Positions 44,932-54,937 of a stretch of DNA of 64,000 bases are shown one piece after another. A program made the translations under genes and the position numbers. A model generated the notes under the pieces. That model was not told where the DNA came from. It searched no databases and saw nothing but the letters and a program-made list of their open reading frames with translations. Numbering within the stretch: the first letter of the stretch is position 1; every line of letters starts with the position of its first letter. The stretch covers positions 160,001-224,000 of the forward strand of contig CAWVVV010000002.1 of the NCBI GenBank assembly GCA_963933835.1, in the 5' to 3' direction. Source of the stretch: an uncultured Puniceicoccaceae bacterium. GTDB taxonomy: Bacteria > Verrucomicrobiota > Verrucomicrobiia > Opitutales > Oceanipulchritudinaceae.

Positions 44932-46176
44932 TTAGGCCCGCTTCGCGCGTTCCATTTCGAGGACTTCGCGGAGGTACTCGTAGGCGGCTTCGAGCTGCGG
45001 ATCGATGCGATCGGGCGTAAACTCAAACCGCTCGATGAAAGCTTCTTCCGACATCAGGTCGACATGCCGTTCTTGAACGAGAAACTCGAGCTCGGCTTCA
45101 TCTGCAAAAACTACCTCGATGTCTGGGTCGACGCCGGTTTCGTTAATCGAGCGGCCACTCGGCAGGTAATAAAGCGCCGTCGTCTGGCGCATGCCGGCTC
45201 CGTCTTTGAAAGCGTAGATGCTCTGGACACTGCCTTTGCCAAAAGTCGTCTCACCAATGAGGGTCGCTTTGCCGATGTCTTGAAGCGCGCCGGAGACGAT
45301 CTCCGAGGCACTCGCGCTCTGTTCGTTGATCAGTATTGCGATTGGATAACGGGCCAAACGGGCCGGCGAAGCTGAACGAAACTCGCGGCGCTCGCCCTCA
45401 TCCCGCCCTTCGGTGTAAACGATCAATTCATCGCGGCCAAGGAACTCCGCTAAGACGCCCTCCGCGGCCGAGAGAAGGCCACCGGGATTGTTCCGCAGAT
45501 CAAGGATGAGTCCCTTCATGCCGCCCTCTTCAAGCTCATCTAGCGCCTTCTGCAATTCAGTGACGGTATGCTGGCCAAACTGGGTGAGCCGAACGTAGCC
45601 GATGCTGTCTTCATTCAGCGCAGTCCGTTCGACCGAGGTGATATCGACGACGCGACGCTCTAGAGTGAGCGCGATTTCCTCCTCTGTGAGGGGGCGGTAA
45701 ATAGTGACGTTGGTGGATTCCCCCGCAGGGCCTCGAAGAAGCTCGGAGACCTTTTTCACATCCGCATCGCTGACATCGACGCCGTTCACCTGAAGAAAGT
45801 AATCACCCGGTAGTAATCCAGCCTCTTCCGCAGGACCCCCGTGGAAACAGCTGACCACTGTGACATGGTCGCTAAGACGGTCGATCTGAACCCCAATCCC
45901 GACGTATTCCTGCGTCGTGAGTTCTTCAAAATGCGCAAAGTCGGTCGCGGGCATGTAGCTGGAGTGAGCGTCAAGCGACTCCATCATGCCATCGATGGCC
46001 GCCTTCGATAGCAGTTCGTAATCAACCCGACCGGCATCGACATAGTCTTCATGGATCACTCGCATGACGGCGACGACGCGGTTCTGCGCCTTGAAAATCG
46101 GCCGCGACCACATCCACCACCAGACCCCGATCATGCCTAGAACAAAGCAGACGGGAATGATTGCACGCTTGATCAT
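44932..46176 (-). CDS. Carboxyl-terminal processing protease (S41)
   Basis: LDAHS, PDZ domain GIGVQI, LDLRNNPGG, SASASEI, TFGKGSVQ. Confidence 0.93.
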   Translation of the reverse strand: MIKRAIIPVCFVLGMIGVWWWMWSRPIFKAQNRVVAVMRVIHEDYVDAGRVDYELLSKAAIDGMMESLDAHSSYMPATDFAHFEELTTQEYVGIGVQIDRLSDHVTVVSCFHGGPAEEAGLLPGDYFLQVNGVDVSDADVKKVSELLRGPAGESTNVTIYRPLTEEEIALTLERRVVDITSVERTALNEDSIGYVRLTQFGQHTVTELQKALDELEEGGMKGLILDLRNNPGGLLSAAEGVLAEFLGRDELIVYTEGRDEGERREFRSASPARLARYPIAILINEQSASASEIVSGALQDIGKATLIGETTFGKGSVQSIYAFKDGAGMRQTTALYYLPSGRSINETGVDPDIEVVFADEAELEFLVQERHVDLMSEEAFIERFEFTPDRIDPQLEAAYEYLREVLEMERAKRA

Positions 46177-46205
46177 GCATCTCACCAAAGTGAATTTGAA
46201 CCACG

Positions 46206-47234
46206 GTGCAAACGCCAAGCTCAGGACAGAAAGAGGAAACGCCTCTTTTAAACTATCTTCACTCGATCCACGGCAAGGGAGCGACGATTTCGCTCGAAAC
46301 CTTCATCGAGGCGGCACTCTACGCCCCGAATATCGGCTACTACACGCGATCAGCCCAACGGGTCGGCTACCGCGAAGGACGTGATTTCTACACCGCCGAG
46401 AGCCTCGGAAGCGTATTTCGGCGCTTGCTCACGGCGTCCTGCCTCGAGCTGCTGGGAGACGATGCGAAGGACTACGGCTTTACTGAACTCGGCGCTGAGC
46501 CGGGTGAAGGGCTCCTTGCGAACGCCACTCATCCTTTCAATACAAACACGGCCTTCGGCTGCAAGGAACCCTTTCAAATTGCTGGCCCCCAAGTCCTTTT
46601 CTCCAATGAGCTTTTCGATGCGCAGCCGTTCCGACGTTTCGAATTCCGTGAAGGAAACTGGCGAGAGCACGGTGTCCTCCTCGCGGATGGCGGGTTCGAG
46701 CCGACGACACGAACAGAAGCGTCTAGCACTGCGCCTCCCCTGCCAAAGAGCGTGCCGGATGGCTACATCCTCGACGACCCAAGCGGAGCCCGTCGCCTGA
46801 TCGAGCGCATCGCAGAAGCCGACTGGCACGGCCTTTTCATCGCCTTCGATTACGGCCTCGACCGCGAAACCCTTCACCAGACCCGCCCTTCCGGCACCGG
46901 GCGCACTTACCGCGACCACCGGATGGGGAGCGATCTACTCGCCCATCCAGGCCAGACCGACCTCACCCACCACATCTGCTGGGACGATCTCTCGGAAGCC
47001 CTTGAAAGGGACGGATTTACCAGCATCAAGCTGCAGGCGCAGGAAAGTTTCTTCGTCCACCATGGAGCCAAAGCAATGGCTGAAATCATCGAATCCGGCG
47101 CCCAAAAAGGCCTCAACCGCGATCTACAAACCCTCAAAGAACTCCTCCATCCTGAGCACATGGGACGTAAATTTCAGGTCCTAACAGCCTTTAGGGCAAA
47201 AAACACTTGCCAAGGGTCGGGCAACGCTCGATGA
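46206..47234 (+). CDS. MidA/NDUFAF7-family SAM-dependent methyltransferase
   Basis: ALYAPNIGYY, DFYTA, ELGAEPG, SNELFDA, FDYG, PGQTDLTHH, MGRKFQVL. Confidence 0.87.
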   Translation: MQTPSSGQKEETPLLNYLHSIHGKGATISLETFIEAALYAPNIGYYTRSAQRVGYREGRDFYTAESLGSVFRRLLTASCLELLGDDAKDYGFTELGAEPGEGLLANATHPFNTNTAFGCKEPFQIAGPQVLFSNELFDAQPFRRFEFREGNWREHGVLLADGGFEPTTRTEASSTAPPLPKSVPDGYILDDPSGARRLIERIAEADWHGLFIAFDYGLDRETLHQTRPSGTGRTYRDHRMGSDLLAHPGQTDLTHHICWDDLSEALERDGFTSIKLQAQESFFVHHGAKAMAEIIESGAQKGLNRDLQTLKELLHPEHMGRKFQVLTAFRAKNTCQGSGNAR

Positions 47235-47264
47235 CTCTTCGCTTTTTTCAACGGAACCCTACAC

Positions 47265-47495
47265 ATGTCCAGCATCTGCCAAATCACCGGAAAACGCCCT
47301 GTCTCGGGCAGTCGTATCCACCGCCGTGGTCTCACTAAGAAGAGTGGCGGTATCGGAACCCACGTCGCAAAGGTCACCAAACGCACTTTTAGGCCCAACG
47401 TGCAACGCGTTCGCGTCAAGCTCCCCAACGGGCAAGTAAAGCGTATGTGGGTCTCAGTTAAAGCCCTCAAGGCTGGCAAAGTAGCGAAGGCTTAA
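47265..47495 (+). CDS. rpmB: 50S ribosomal protein L28
   Basis: MSSICQITGKRP..G, TKRTFRPNVQ, VSVKALK. Confidence 0.95.
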   Translation: MSSICQITGKRPVSGSRIHRRGLTKKSGGIGTHVAKVTKRTFRPNVQRVRVKLPNGQVKRMWVSVKALKAGKVAKA

Positions 47496-47529
47496 GGCCA
47501 AAAAACTTTCTCCCAGAAAATCCGATTAA

Positions 47530-47569
47530 GAACCCCGAATGGCTCTCGTAGCCGTCGGGGTTCACTTTT
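47530..47569 (+). terminator. Terminator after rpmB
   Basis: gaaccccga...tcggggttc followed by actttt. Confidence 0.7.
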
Positions 47570-47612
47570 GTACGGTGCTCGAGCCTGACGAGCGGCGCAG
47601 CTTCAAAATAGG

Positions 47613-47642
47613 AAGACCCGACTGCTTGCGCCGTCGGGTCTT
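47613..47642 (-). terminator. Hairpin/terminator for the convergent hypothetical gene
   Basis: aagacccgac N10 gtcgggtctt. Confidence 0.6.
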
Positions 47643-47666
47643 GTAGTATTTCTGACTAGCGACTTC

Positions 47667-48371
47667 TTAGGGAACTAAAGGAGGATCGAGCGGAGGCGGC
47701 GTCAGGTCATAGACGACGGAACGGAAAGGGCCTCGAAAGGCATCCAACCCAGCATCGCCATCAAGCGATCCCATCAGGGTGAATTTCCCTTTTGTCGCGC
47801 TCGTGAAGTTAAAATGGACGACGCCATGAACCGAAGCACGGTCAGCCCAAGTCAAGAAGGGCCTCAGTGATTCGAAATAGATCGTCGAGCGTCCAACAAT
47901 GTCATCGGTCAGCTTTCGTACTTCGACGAGATAGTGCGCGTCGTAGTAGACCTCATGGTCAGGATACGGGCGCGTATCCAAATCAATCGGATCTAGAAAG
48001 CGGACGGCTTCTGCATCATTAGGTGTCACTGCAACAGGATCTACCCGCTGTAGTGTCTTTCCTCCTACAGAGAGCAGGCCCAATCTTGGGAAATCACTAC
48101 TGATCGTCAGGCGGAAATAGTGGCCCGATCCATTCGTCCCACCCAGTGATGCGAGTGGGGCATCAAAGATACGATTGATATCGAAGGGGTCCCCCATCGG
48201 GCTGAGGATCCAGTCGCCACCTTGCCAGACTTTCTGGACGGGCTGTTGATAGAACCATCCGTCTTCGAACGAGAAGGTCCAAGGGTAATACGGAACATAG
48301 TTCCAAGTTGTTGCGGATGCGGTTGTTGCCACCCAGCAAGCGAGAATCATTTTGAGGAAATATATTTTCAT
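47667..48371 (-). CDS. Hypothetical secreted protein
   Basis: Signal peptide ending ASA; aromatic N-terminal motif WNYVPYYPWTFSFEDGWFY. Confidence 0.7.
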   Translation of the reverse strand: MKIYFLKMILACWVATTASATTWNYVPYYPWTFSFEDGWFYQQPVQKVWQGGDWILSPMGDPFDINRIFDAPLASLGGTNGSGHYFRLTISSDFPRLGLLSVGGKTLQRVDPVAVTPNDAEAVRFLDPIDLDTRPYPDHEVYYDAHYLVEVRKLTDDIVGRSTIYFESLRPFLTWADRASVHGVVHFNFTSATKGKFTLMGSLDGDAGLDAFRGPFRSVVYDLTPPPLDPPLVP

Positions 48372-48604
48372 TAGATTTCTTGGTTTGAGATTAGCGAAGG
48401 TGGAGGCCCGCTTCTTTCGCATTAACCAAGCCAGATAATGAACTGTTTCGTAAGTTATTGTTTAATAACTGCTTATAGAATACGTGGCGCAAAGGCCTAA
48501 GATCTAAATCGCCTAATTTCGGGGAATAACCCCCGAACAATTGGCAAAAAGTCCCCGCTTTAATTATCTCTATACAGCCTTTCGAAGGCTATAATTGTCC
48601 GAGC

Positions 48605-49567
48605 CTAAAGCCCTTTCCAGGCGAAGTTCCACTGCCGGCAATACTTAACCATATCCTTGAAAGCTTGATGCTCGAGCCAGCCCTTGGACTCCGCTTCTCG
48701 GTATTTTTCATAACCAACGGTGTCGCCATGGTGAGACATTATAAGGAAAAAGACCTCGGCCGCAGAGAGGACAATTTCTACCTCTTCTGAAGAGGCGAAG
48801 ACTTCTTTATTCCATTGAAAGGCCTCGAGAATCTCGTCGGGTGACTCAGGCGGAAAACTCCGAAAGGTAAAGCAATCGGCCTCATCTATCGGCGAGATCA
48901 CCTCAAAGGACGTCATCGCGGACCATTTTGAAAGCCACACTGGGCGCAAGTAGTCACGCAGCCTCCACGTCAAAAGATGTATCCACCCATGTGCAAATGT
49001 CATGTAATCTTGGTGAACGATGACGCCACCTGGGATCACTTTCGGAAAGAATGCCTGAGCTACATTGTCTGCGATTTCGAAACCTTTCATGACATCGACA
49101 ACCAGAACTTCGATATTCGGCGTAGAAGGTTTCTCCTCAATAAAATCGACGGTGTGGATATTCAATCGATCGAGGTAACCTTGCATGAAATCCTCATACA
49201 AATATTCATAGCTCTCGCCGTCCGCTGGACGTTTTTTGAGCTTAAGCTTATCTGTCCACTCATCCATCGACGAGTCCCACAAGAATCGGTCATAAACCTG
49301 AAGAGCAGTGCTTTGAGCGCGCTCAGCGCTATTCTCCCTGAGGCCATTAAGCAAAGGGCGGCTCAATGAGCCTAGAAAGCAACCCAGCTCAACCAACGCC
49401 CCCGAACCTTGATACGCTTCACGGACGAGCCAGTGAGCGTATGCCTGCTCGATCGGCGGCGTCATCATACTCGCAGGCGTGTAGCCCTCGCGATACGTGC
49501 CGATCAAATCCTGAAGCCCACCTAACTTTGGTGCCCATCGACTATTGGAGTGATTTTGTGTATCCAA
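48605..49567 (-). CDS. Class I SAM-dependent methyltransferase-like protein
   Basis: LVELGCFLGS motif I, YDRF, IEVLVVDVMK, PGGVIVHQDY. Confidence 0.75.
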   Translation of the reverse strand: MDTQNHSNSRWAPKLGGLQDLIGTYREGYTPASMMTPPIEQAYAHWLVREAYQGSGALVELGCFLGSLSRPLLNGLRENSAERAQSTALQVYDRFLWDSSMDEWTDKLKLKKRPADGESYEYLYEDFMQGYLDRLNIHTVDFIEEKPSTPNIEVLVVDVMKGFEIADNVAQAFFPKVIPGGVIVHQDYMTFAHGWIHLLTWRLRDYLRPVWLSKWSAMTSFEVISPIDEADCFTFRSFPPESPDEILEAFQWNKEVFASSEEVEIVLSAAEVFFLIMSHHGDTVGYEKYREAESKGWLEHQAFKDMVKYCRQWNFAWKGL

Positions 49568-49606
49568 AGCTAGCGCCTATGTTAAGCGTGAGTTTTGTAG
49601 TAAAAA

Positions 49607-51031
49607 CTACAGAACAGAGCCTGGCTCGTAGCTGGCGGCATGAGGATAGCGCTCGCAAATCGCCGCAACCTGCGCCGCCCACGTATCGACCTGTGCTTGG
49701 GCAAGGCCGGTGAGTGTTTCAGCTTCGGCGAGGATCGTATCGAGTTGGGCCTTTTCGAGCGGGAGACGTTCATCCGCGGCGAGACGATCCATGAGGTCAT
49801 TGATCGGCAGGTTTCCCGTCCGCATGTCGCCGAGGGTCGCCACCGCGTTCTCCTTAATGATATGGTGCGCTTGTTCTCGCCCTAGTCCGGCCTTAACCGC
49901 CTCCATTAGAACGGTTGTTGTGGCGAGGAACGGCATGTAGCGGCGATTCTCCGACGCTACGACCTCTGTAAAGACCTCCATCTGATTCAAGATCGTGAGG
50001 TAGGTCTCGATCAGTCCATCGAGAGCAAAAAAAGCATCGGGCAAAACTGCACGGCGAACCACGGAGCAGGAGACATCGCCTTCATTCCATTGATCCCCAA
50101 CGAGCCCAGAGATCATCGCGACATGGCCTTTCAAGATTGTGCAAAAACCGTTCACCCGTTCACAACTGCGGGCATTCATCTTATGCGGCATCGCGCTGGA
50201 ACCGGTCTGGCCTTTAGCGAAGCCTTCGCCTGCCAGCTCATGGCCTGCCATCAATCGCAAGGTGCGACAGAAATTCGCTGGCCCACTCGAAAGCTGGCAG
50301 AGAACCGCAACGACCTCGAAGTCGAGCGAGCGTGGATACACTTGCCCGACCGCGCCGAGTTTCTCGGGCAAGCCGAGGTGCTGTGCGACCGCTTGATCGA
50401 TCCGGCCAACGGTCTCGGTTTTTCCATCAAAAAGTGTGAGCAAATCGAGCTGCGTACCGACGGCTCCTTTAAGCCCGCGAACAGGATAGCGACCGAGTAA
50501 ACTCTCAAGGGAACCAAACGCATGGGACAGCTCTTCGCCGAACATCGCCCAGCGCTTACCAAGCGTCGAAGGCTGCGCCGCGACATTGTGCGTCCGGGCA
50601 ACAAAGACCTGCGCCTTGTCTGCAAGAGCCCGCTCACCCAATTTCGCCAAAACCGCGACGACGCGATCACGCACGAGTTCCAAGGAACGAAAAATCTGCA
50701 GTTGTTCTACATTCTCGGTCAGATCGCGACTCGTCATCCCTTGGTGAATGGCTTCTTCGCCCGCGGCCGCATTGTAGGACTCAAGGCGAGCCTTCACATC
50801 GTGGCGCGTGACGCGTTCGCGTTCGGCGATATCATCCAAATCAATCTGATCGATCGCGGCCTCATAGGCTGCAATGGTGGCATCACTGATTGGCCGCCCT
50901 TCGGCTTGTTGCGCTCGCATCACCGCGATCCAAAACTCGCGCTCCAGCCGCACTTTACCTTCCGGCGACCACAACGCCTTCATCGCTTCCGAAGCATACC
51001 GCTCCGCCAATACATTCGGGATCACACTCAT
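49607..51031 (-). CDS. purB: Adenylosuccinate lyase
   Basis: RHDVKA, HQGMTSRD, RTHNVAAQ, GSSAMPHKMN. Confidence 0.95.
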   Translation of the reverse strand: MSVIPNVLAERYASEAMKALWSPEGKVRLEREFWIAVMRAQQAEGRPISDATIAAYEAAIDQIDLDDIAERERVTRHDVKARLESYNAAAGEEAIHQGMTSRDLTENVEQLQIFRSLELVRDRVVAVLAKLGERALADKAQVFVARTHNVAAQPSTLGKRWAMFGEELSHAFGSLESLLGRYPVRGLKGAVGTQLDLLTLFDGKTETVGRIDQAVAQHLGLPEKLGAVGQVYPRSLDFEVVAVLCQLSSGPANFCRTLRLMAGHELAGEGFAKGQTGSSAMPHKMNARSCERVNGFCTILKGHVAMISGLVGDQWNEGDVSCSVVRRAVLPDAFFALDGLIETYLTILNQMEVFTEVVASENRRYMPFLATTTVLMEAVKAGLGREQAHHIIKENAVATLGDMRTGNLPINDLMDRLAADERLPLEKAQLDTILAEAETLTGLAQAQVDTWAAQVAAICERYPHAASYEPGSVL

Positions 51032-51068
51032 TGCAATTACGCTGGCAATGATCCTATTTCTGGCGAGT

Positions 51069-51674
51069 TCAATTCAAGTTTTTTAGATTTAGGCAAATAA
51101 ACAGTTGCGAGCCCTTCGATCCATTCCTAGCTAACTTAAAGTTAGTTACATCTTCAGATACTATACAGATATGAACAAATTCGCTCAATTCAACGGTGCG
51201 CGCCACAGTGAATTCAGCAAAACACCCATCCGCCTCGAACGAATAGTAGACGTCGACCGCTAACTCGATCTCCAGTGGAAGTCCGGACCACAAAAGCCCT
51301 GCCCCCACTTCATCGTCGTGAGAACCATCAAACGGAAATTCAAGCCGCGTGTAGGCGAGGTAGACTTCGAGTTCGTCAAAGGATTTTGAGAGAGCGACGT
51401 CGAAATTGAACTCGTCGTAGTCTTGATCGTAGGACTTTGCAAACCAGAGGCCGGCACTGAGATTTTCCCAGCCCGCCTCTAATGCAGTCGTCCAAAGCGC
51501 GTCACCATCGAGATTATCTCGGCCCTCTGAAACATAGCGGCTTTCCCAGCTCACGCTCAGCGCACCGGAAATCGCGGAGGCATCGGTCGAATGTAGTTCA
51601 ACGGGCTGCGCTTCCTTCAGGTTAGAAAAAACAGGGGCCGTAAAGAAGAGGCTAAGAATGGCACACTTTTGCAT
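51069..51674 (-). pseudogene. Outer-membrane beta-barrel (TorF-like) protein, C-terminally truncated
   Basis: WESRYVSEGRDNL, YDEFN, YTRLEFP amphipathic strands; near 51190 it runs into AT-rich non-homologous sequence with no terminal Phe. Confidence 0.55.
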
Positions 51675-51801
51675 GCTGAAAGGAGAAATAGTCGGGCGAT
51701 TTTTTCTACAATTTTTTTGGCCGGTAGCCTACCAGTGGCAATTGATCGCAAATCCCTGTTTGCCAGATGGGCGCGGAGGCGAATGCTCTTCTCCTTTCCC
51801 C

Positions 51802-52944
51802 ATGGATCATCCGGAACCACAGACGTTTGAGGACCAGCCTGGAGAGGTTGGGCTCGTAGAGTGGAAGGACTTCGTTTCAAACGAACCCTTCAGCTTTGCC
51901 TCGGGCGAATCGATTCCGGGCATCACGTTGCGCTACGAGACCTATGGGCAGCTTTCGGCGGCGAAGGATAATGTCATCCTGATCTGCCATGCCCTCAGTG
52001 GTGACTACCACTGCGCGGGGGTGCATGATTTACGCGACCGCAAGACAGGCTGGTGGCACAACATCATCGGGCCCGGAAAACCGATCGATACAACGCGCTT
52101 TTTTGTTGTTTGTTCCAACGTCCTCGGTGGATGCCAAGGCTCGACTGGGCCAACCTCGATCAATCCTCAAACCGGCCTGCGCTTCGATCTCGATTTCCCC
52201 CTCCTGAGCATCGAAGACATGGTCGCCGCGCAGGAGCTTCTTCTCCGCAAAGAATTTGGCATCGAGCAAATCTACGCCGTCGTCGGTGGCTCGATGGGCG
52301 GGATGCAGGCGCTCCAGTGGGGCATTCAGTTTCCCGACAAGGTTGAACGCCTTCTCCCGATGGCGACGACCGCTCGCCAAAATGCCCAAGCAATTGCTTT
52401 CAACGAAGTCGGCCGCCTCGCGATCATGCAGGACCCCGAGTGGCACGATGGCACCTACCCAGAGGCAGAAGGCCCTGCGGTCGGCCTCGCGATCGCGCGG
52501 ATGATGGCTCACATCACCTACCTCAGTAATCAAGGGATGGAGGACAAATTTGGCCGCGAGCGCGTTGCCACTGGGGCTGCTCGTGAACGCTTCGGGGCCG
52601 AATTTCAGGTCGAGAGTTATCTGCGCTATCAAGGGCAGACCTTCACCAGCCGCTTCGATGCGAACACCTACCTCTATCTCACGAAAGCGCTCGACCGCTT
52701 CGATCTCTATGGAGCCTCCGGCAAGCTTGAGGAAAGCCTTGCTGCCGTCTCCGCCCGTACCCTTGTGATCGGGTTCACGAGTGACTGGCTCTTCCCGCCC
52801 GAACAAAACCGCTCCATCGTCCACGCCCTCCTCCGTGCGGGCAAAGAGGCGAGCTATGCCGAGCTGGAAATGACGCTCGGGCACGACAGTTTCCTCATCG
52901 ATGCGCCCGAACTCTACACCCTCGTAAAGGACTTCTTGAAATGA
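51802..52944 (+). CDS. metX: Homoserine O-acyltransferase
   Basis: YETYG, CHALSG, NVLGGCQGSTGP, GGSMGGMQ, RFDANTY, GHDSFL. Confidence 0.95.
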   Translation: MDHPEPQTFEDQPGEVGLVEWKDFVSNEPFSFASGESIPGITLRYETYGQLSAAKDNVILICHALSGDYHCAGVHDLRDRKTGWWHNIIGPGKPIDTTRFFVVCSNVLGGCQGSTGPTSINPQTGLRFDLDFPLLSIEDMVAAQELLLRKEFGIEQIYAVVGGSMGGMQALQWGIQFPDKVERLLPMATTARQNAQAIAFNEVGRLAIMQDPEWHDGTYPEAEGPAVGLAIARMMAHITYLSNQGMEDKFGRERVATGAARERFGAEFQVESYLRYQGQTFTSRFDANTYLYLTKALDRFDLYGASGKLEESLAAVSARTLVIGFTSDWLFPPEQNRSIVHALLRAGKEASYAELEMTLGHDSFLIDAPELYTLVKDFLK

Positions 52945-53543
52945 GTCGGGCAAACAAGCGACAGGCAGACTTTCAGATCATTTCCAACTGGATTGATCAA
53001 GGCAGCCGTGTGCTCGACCTCGGCTGCGGTCGAGGTGTTCTGCTTGAGCACCTCAGCCAAACCAAGGAGATCGCGGGGGTTGGCGTCGATACGGACCTAC
53101 GCAAGATTCAAAGCTGCGTTCGCCGCGGGGTGGATGTGTATCAAGGCGACGCCGAGCAGTTTCTTGGGAAGTTTACTGATGAATTTTTTGATTGGGTTAT
53201 TCTTTCCCGCACCTTGCCCGAGATGCCGAATCCTGAAAGTGTAGTGGCCGAATCACTACGAGTCGGAAAAACCCTTGCTGTTGGCTTCATCAATCATGCG
53301 TATTGGCAGAATCGCTGGTCCGTCCTTCGCAATGGAAATCGCGTGCGCAACGAGGTGTATCCAAATGCTTGGTATGAAGACAATCCAAGCAACCCCGTTT
53401 CAATCCAAGGCTTCGAAAGCTTTTGCAGGGATAAAGACTATACGATAAAGTCGCGTTCTTACCTTGGAGGGGATTGGAAAACACCCGTAAAGCGCTGGCC
53501 AAACCTTCGGGCTGGCTACGCGGTCTACGCCATCTCGCGCTAG
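52941..53543 (+). CDS. metW: Methionine biosynthesis protein MetW
   Basis: RVLDLGCGRG, FDWVILSRTL; ATGA overlap with metX. Confidence 0.9.
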   Translation: MSRANKRQADFQIISNWIDQGSRVLDLGCGRGVLLEHLSQTKEIAGVGVDTDLRKIQSCVRRGVDVYQGDAEQFLGKFTDEFFDWVILSRTLPEMPNPESVVAESLRVGKTLAVGFINHAYWQNRWSVLRNGNRVRNEVYPNAWYEDNPSNPVSIQGFESFCRDKDYTIKSRSYLGGDWKTPVKRWPNLRAGYAVYAISR

Positions 53544-53588
53544 CGTGTTCGAGAATGCCAAAAATAGCGAAAAGGCAGCAACGCGCGC

Positions 53589-53669
53589 TGGAGGGACCGG
53601 CTCCCGCCGGTCCGTGGGTGGTTTGGTGAGCTCTTCTCAGCGGCGGACCGGCAGGAGCCGGTCCCTCCA
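53589..53669. repeat. REP doublet (REPIN-like), copy 4
   Basis: tggagggaccggctcccgccggtccg ... cggaccggcaggagccggtccctcca, between convergent genes. Confidence 0.92.
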
Positions 53670-53688
53670 ATCAGAGATTTAGCTTCTA

Positions 53689-54555
53689 CTACATTTGCGC
53701 TTCTTCGATCGCATCCGCCAAAGCCGAACGTAGATCTTCCAGTTCAGCAGAATTCACCTCAGCTATGCGCTCTCGGGCTTCTTCGTACTGACCCATTTCA
53801 CCAAGACATCGAGCAATATGCAGCGTGATCATCTGCGCTTGAGGTGCAGATAAATCCGATCCCCTCACAAATGTTCTCCAATGTGAAAGTGCCGCTTCCC
53901 AGTCTGGATCGGCAAAGAGGTAAAACGCTTCTCCATAGCGAAATTGATAAACAGGATTCTCTGATGCGAGCTCAGCGGCCTTGCCGAAGGCTTCAAACAT
54001 TTTCGATTGCAGTACCCCAGCATCAAGCAACTCCGATTCTATCATTTGTCCTGCGAAGGTGTAGAGAAGATCTCCCAAGACAAAGTGATAGACGGCTTCA
54101 TTGGGAGCGTATTCGATCGCGCTGAGATAATAAGCCAGTGCTCGCGTTATATCATTATTCTCAGCGGAGTAGGTTCCGAGCTGCTGATGGGCAACTGCGA
54201 TTGATTGGTCCCGCTTGAGCACTTCTATAAATTGGTCTCGAGCTCCATCTCGATCACCATATCGATCGAGCATCTTACCATAGATGAGGCGTGCCTCAAT
54301 CGCGTCGGGGCTCGCTACGATGATCCCATTGAAAAGATTAGCTACGCCTCGGAAGCGCCTTTGAATTTCGCCATATTCGCGCTCCTTCTCGGTCGCGAAC
54401 TGATCCAGCGTATTCATCTCTTTAACCGCATCGAGCAGGCGCTGCTCATAGAATGTCTGGGGTTCCGCAGATGCCAGGGTGTCACCGGCATAGCCAACGG
54501 TAAGAGCGACGTGTAGTCCCAAAATAAGAACAAGAAATTGTGGTGTTATATGCAT
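53689..54555 (-). CDS. Exported TPR-repeat protein
   Basis: Signal peptide; AHQQLG..., ALAYYLSAIEYAP.EAVYHFVLG TPR pattern. Confidence 0.8.
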   Translation of the reverse strand: MHITPQFLVLILGLHVALTVGYAGDTLASAEPQTFYEQRLLDAVKEMNTLDQFATEKEREYGEIQRRFRGVANLFNGIIVASPDAIEARLIYGKMLDRYGDRDGARDQFIEVLKRDQSIAVAHQQLGTYSAENNDITRALAYYLSAIEYAPNEAVYHFVLGDLLYTFAGQMIESELLDAGVLQSKMFEAFGKAAELASENPVYQFRYGEAFYLFADPDWEAALSHWRTFVRGSDLSAPQAQMITLHIARCLGEMGQYEEARERIAEVNSAELEDLRSALADAIEEAQM

Positions 54556-54565
54556 GTCGTCGCTC

Positions 54566-54796
54566 CTAGTTCAGGCCACAAGCTCCGCTCGATGGACCGC
54601 CGCAGCCACAACCCGAACCGTGGCTGTGCGAGGACGCTTGGCTAGATGCGCCTGATTCACCTTTGGCAGCAAAAGTCGACCACTGCTTAGAGAGCTTAGC
54701 GGAAGAACACTTCGGGCATTCGGGCTCTTGGCCTTGGCGGACGAGGATTTCAAAATCACTCCCACAGGCCTCGCAGCGATATTCGTAAATTGGCAT
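54566..54796 (-). CDS. FmdB family zinc-ribbon protein
   Basis: MPIYEYRCEACG..FE...CPKCSS; His/Cys/Gly tail. Confidence 0.9.
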   Translation of the reverse strand: MPIYEYRCEACGSDFEILVRQGQEPECPKCSSAKLSKQWSTFAAKGESGASSQASSHSHGSGCGCGGPSSGACGLN

Positions 54797-54937
54797 TGTC
54801 GATAGAAGAAAAGGGCTCGGGCGCGATCTGGCAATCTTCGGCCTACGCCCCACCCTTAAGTCCAACGTTCAGCGCAAAGCGTTCAATCCTCTCCAGGAGG
54901 CTAATTTCTTGAAAATAGAAAGGCCCAGAATGAAGAC

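Noticed and set aside
47576..47597. Single gctcg-N7-cgagc hairpin as another REP
   Set aside because: No second copy found in the window
51675..51801. SAM riboswitch upstream of metX
   Set aside because: No recognisable SAM-I/II core sequences
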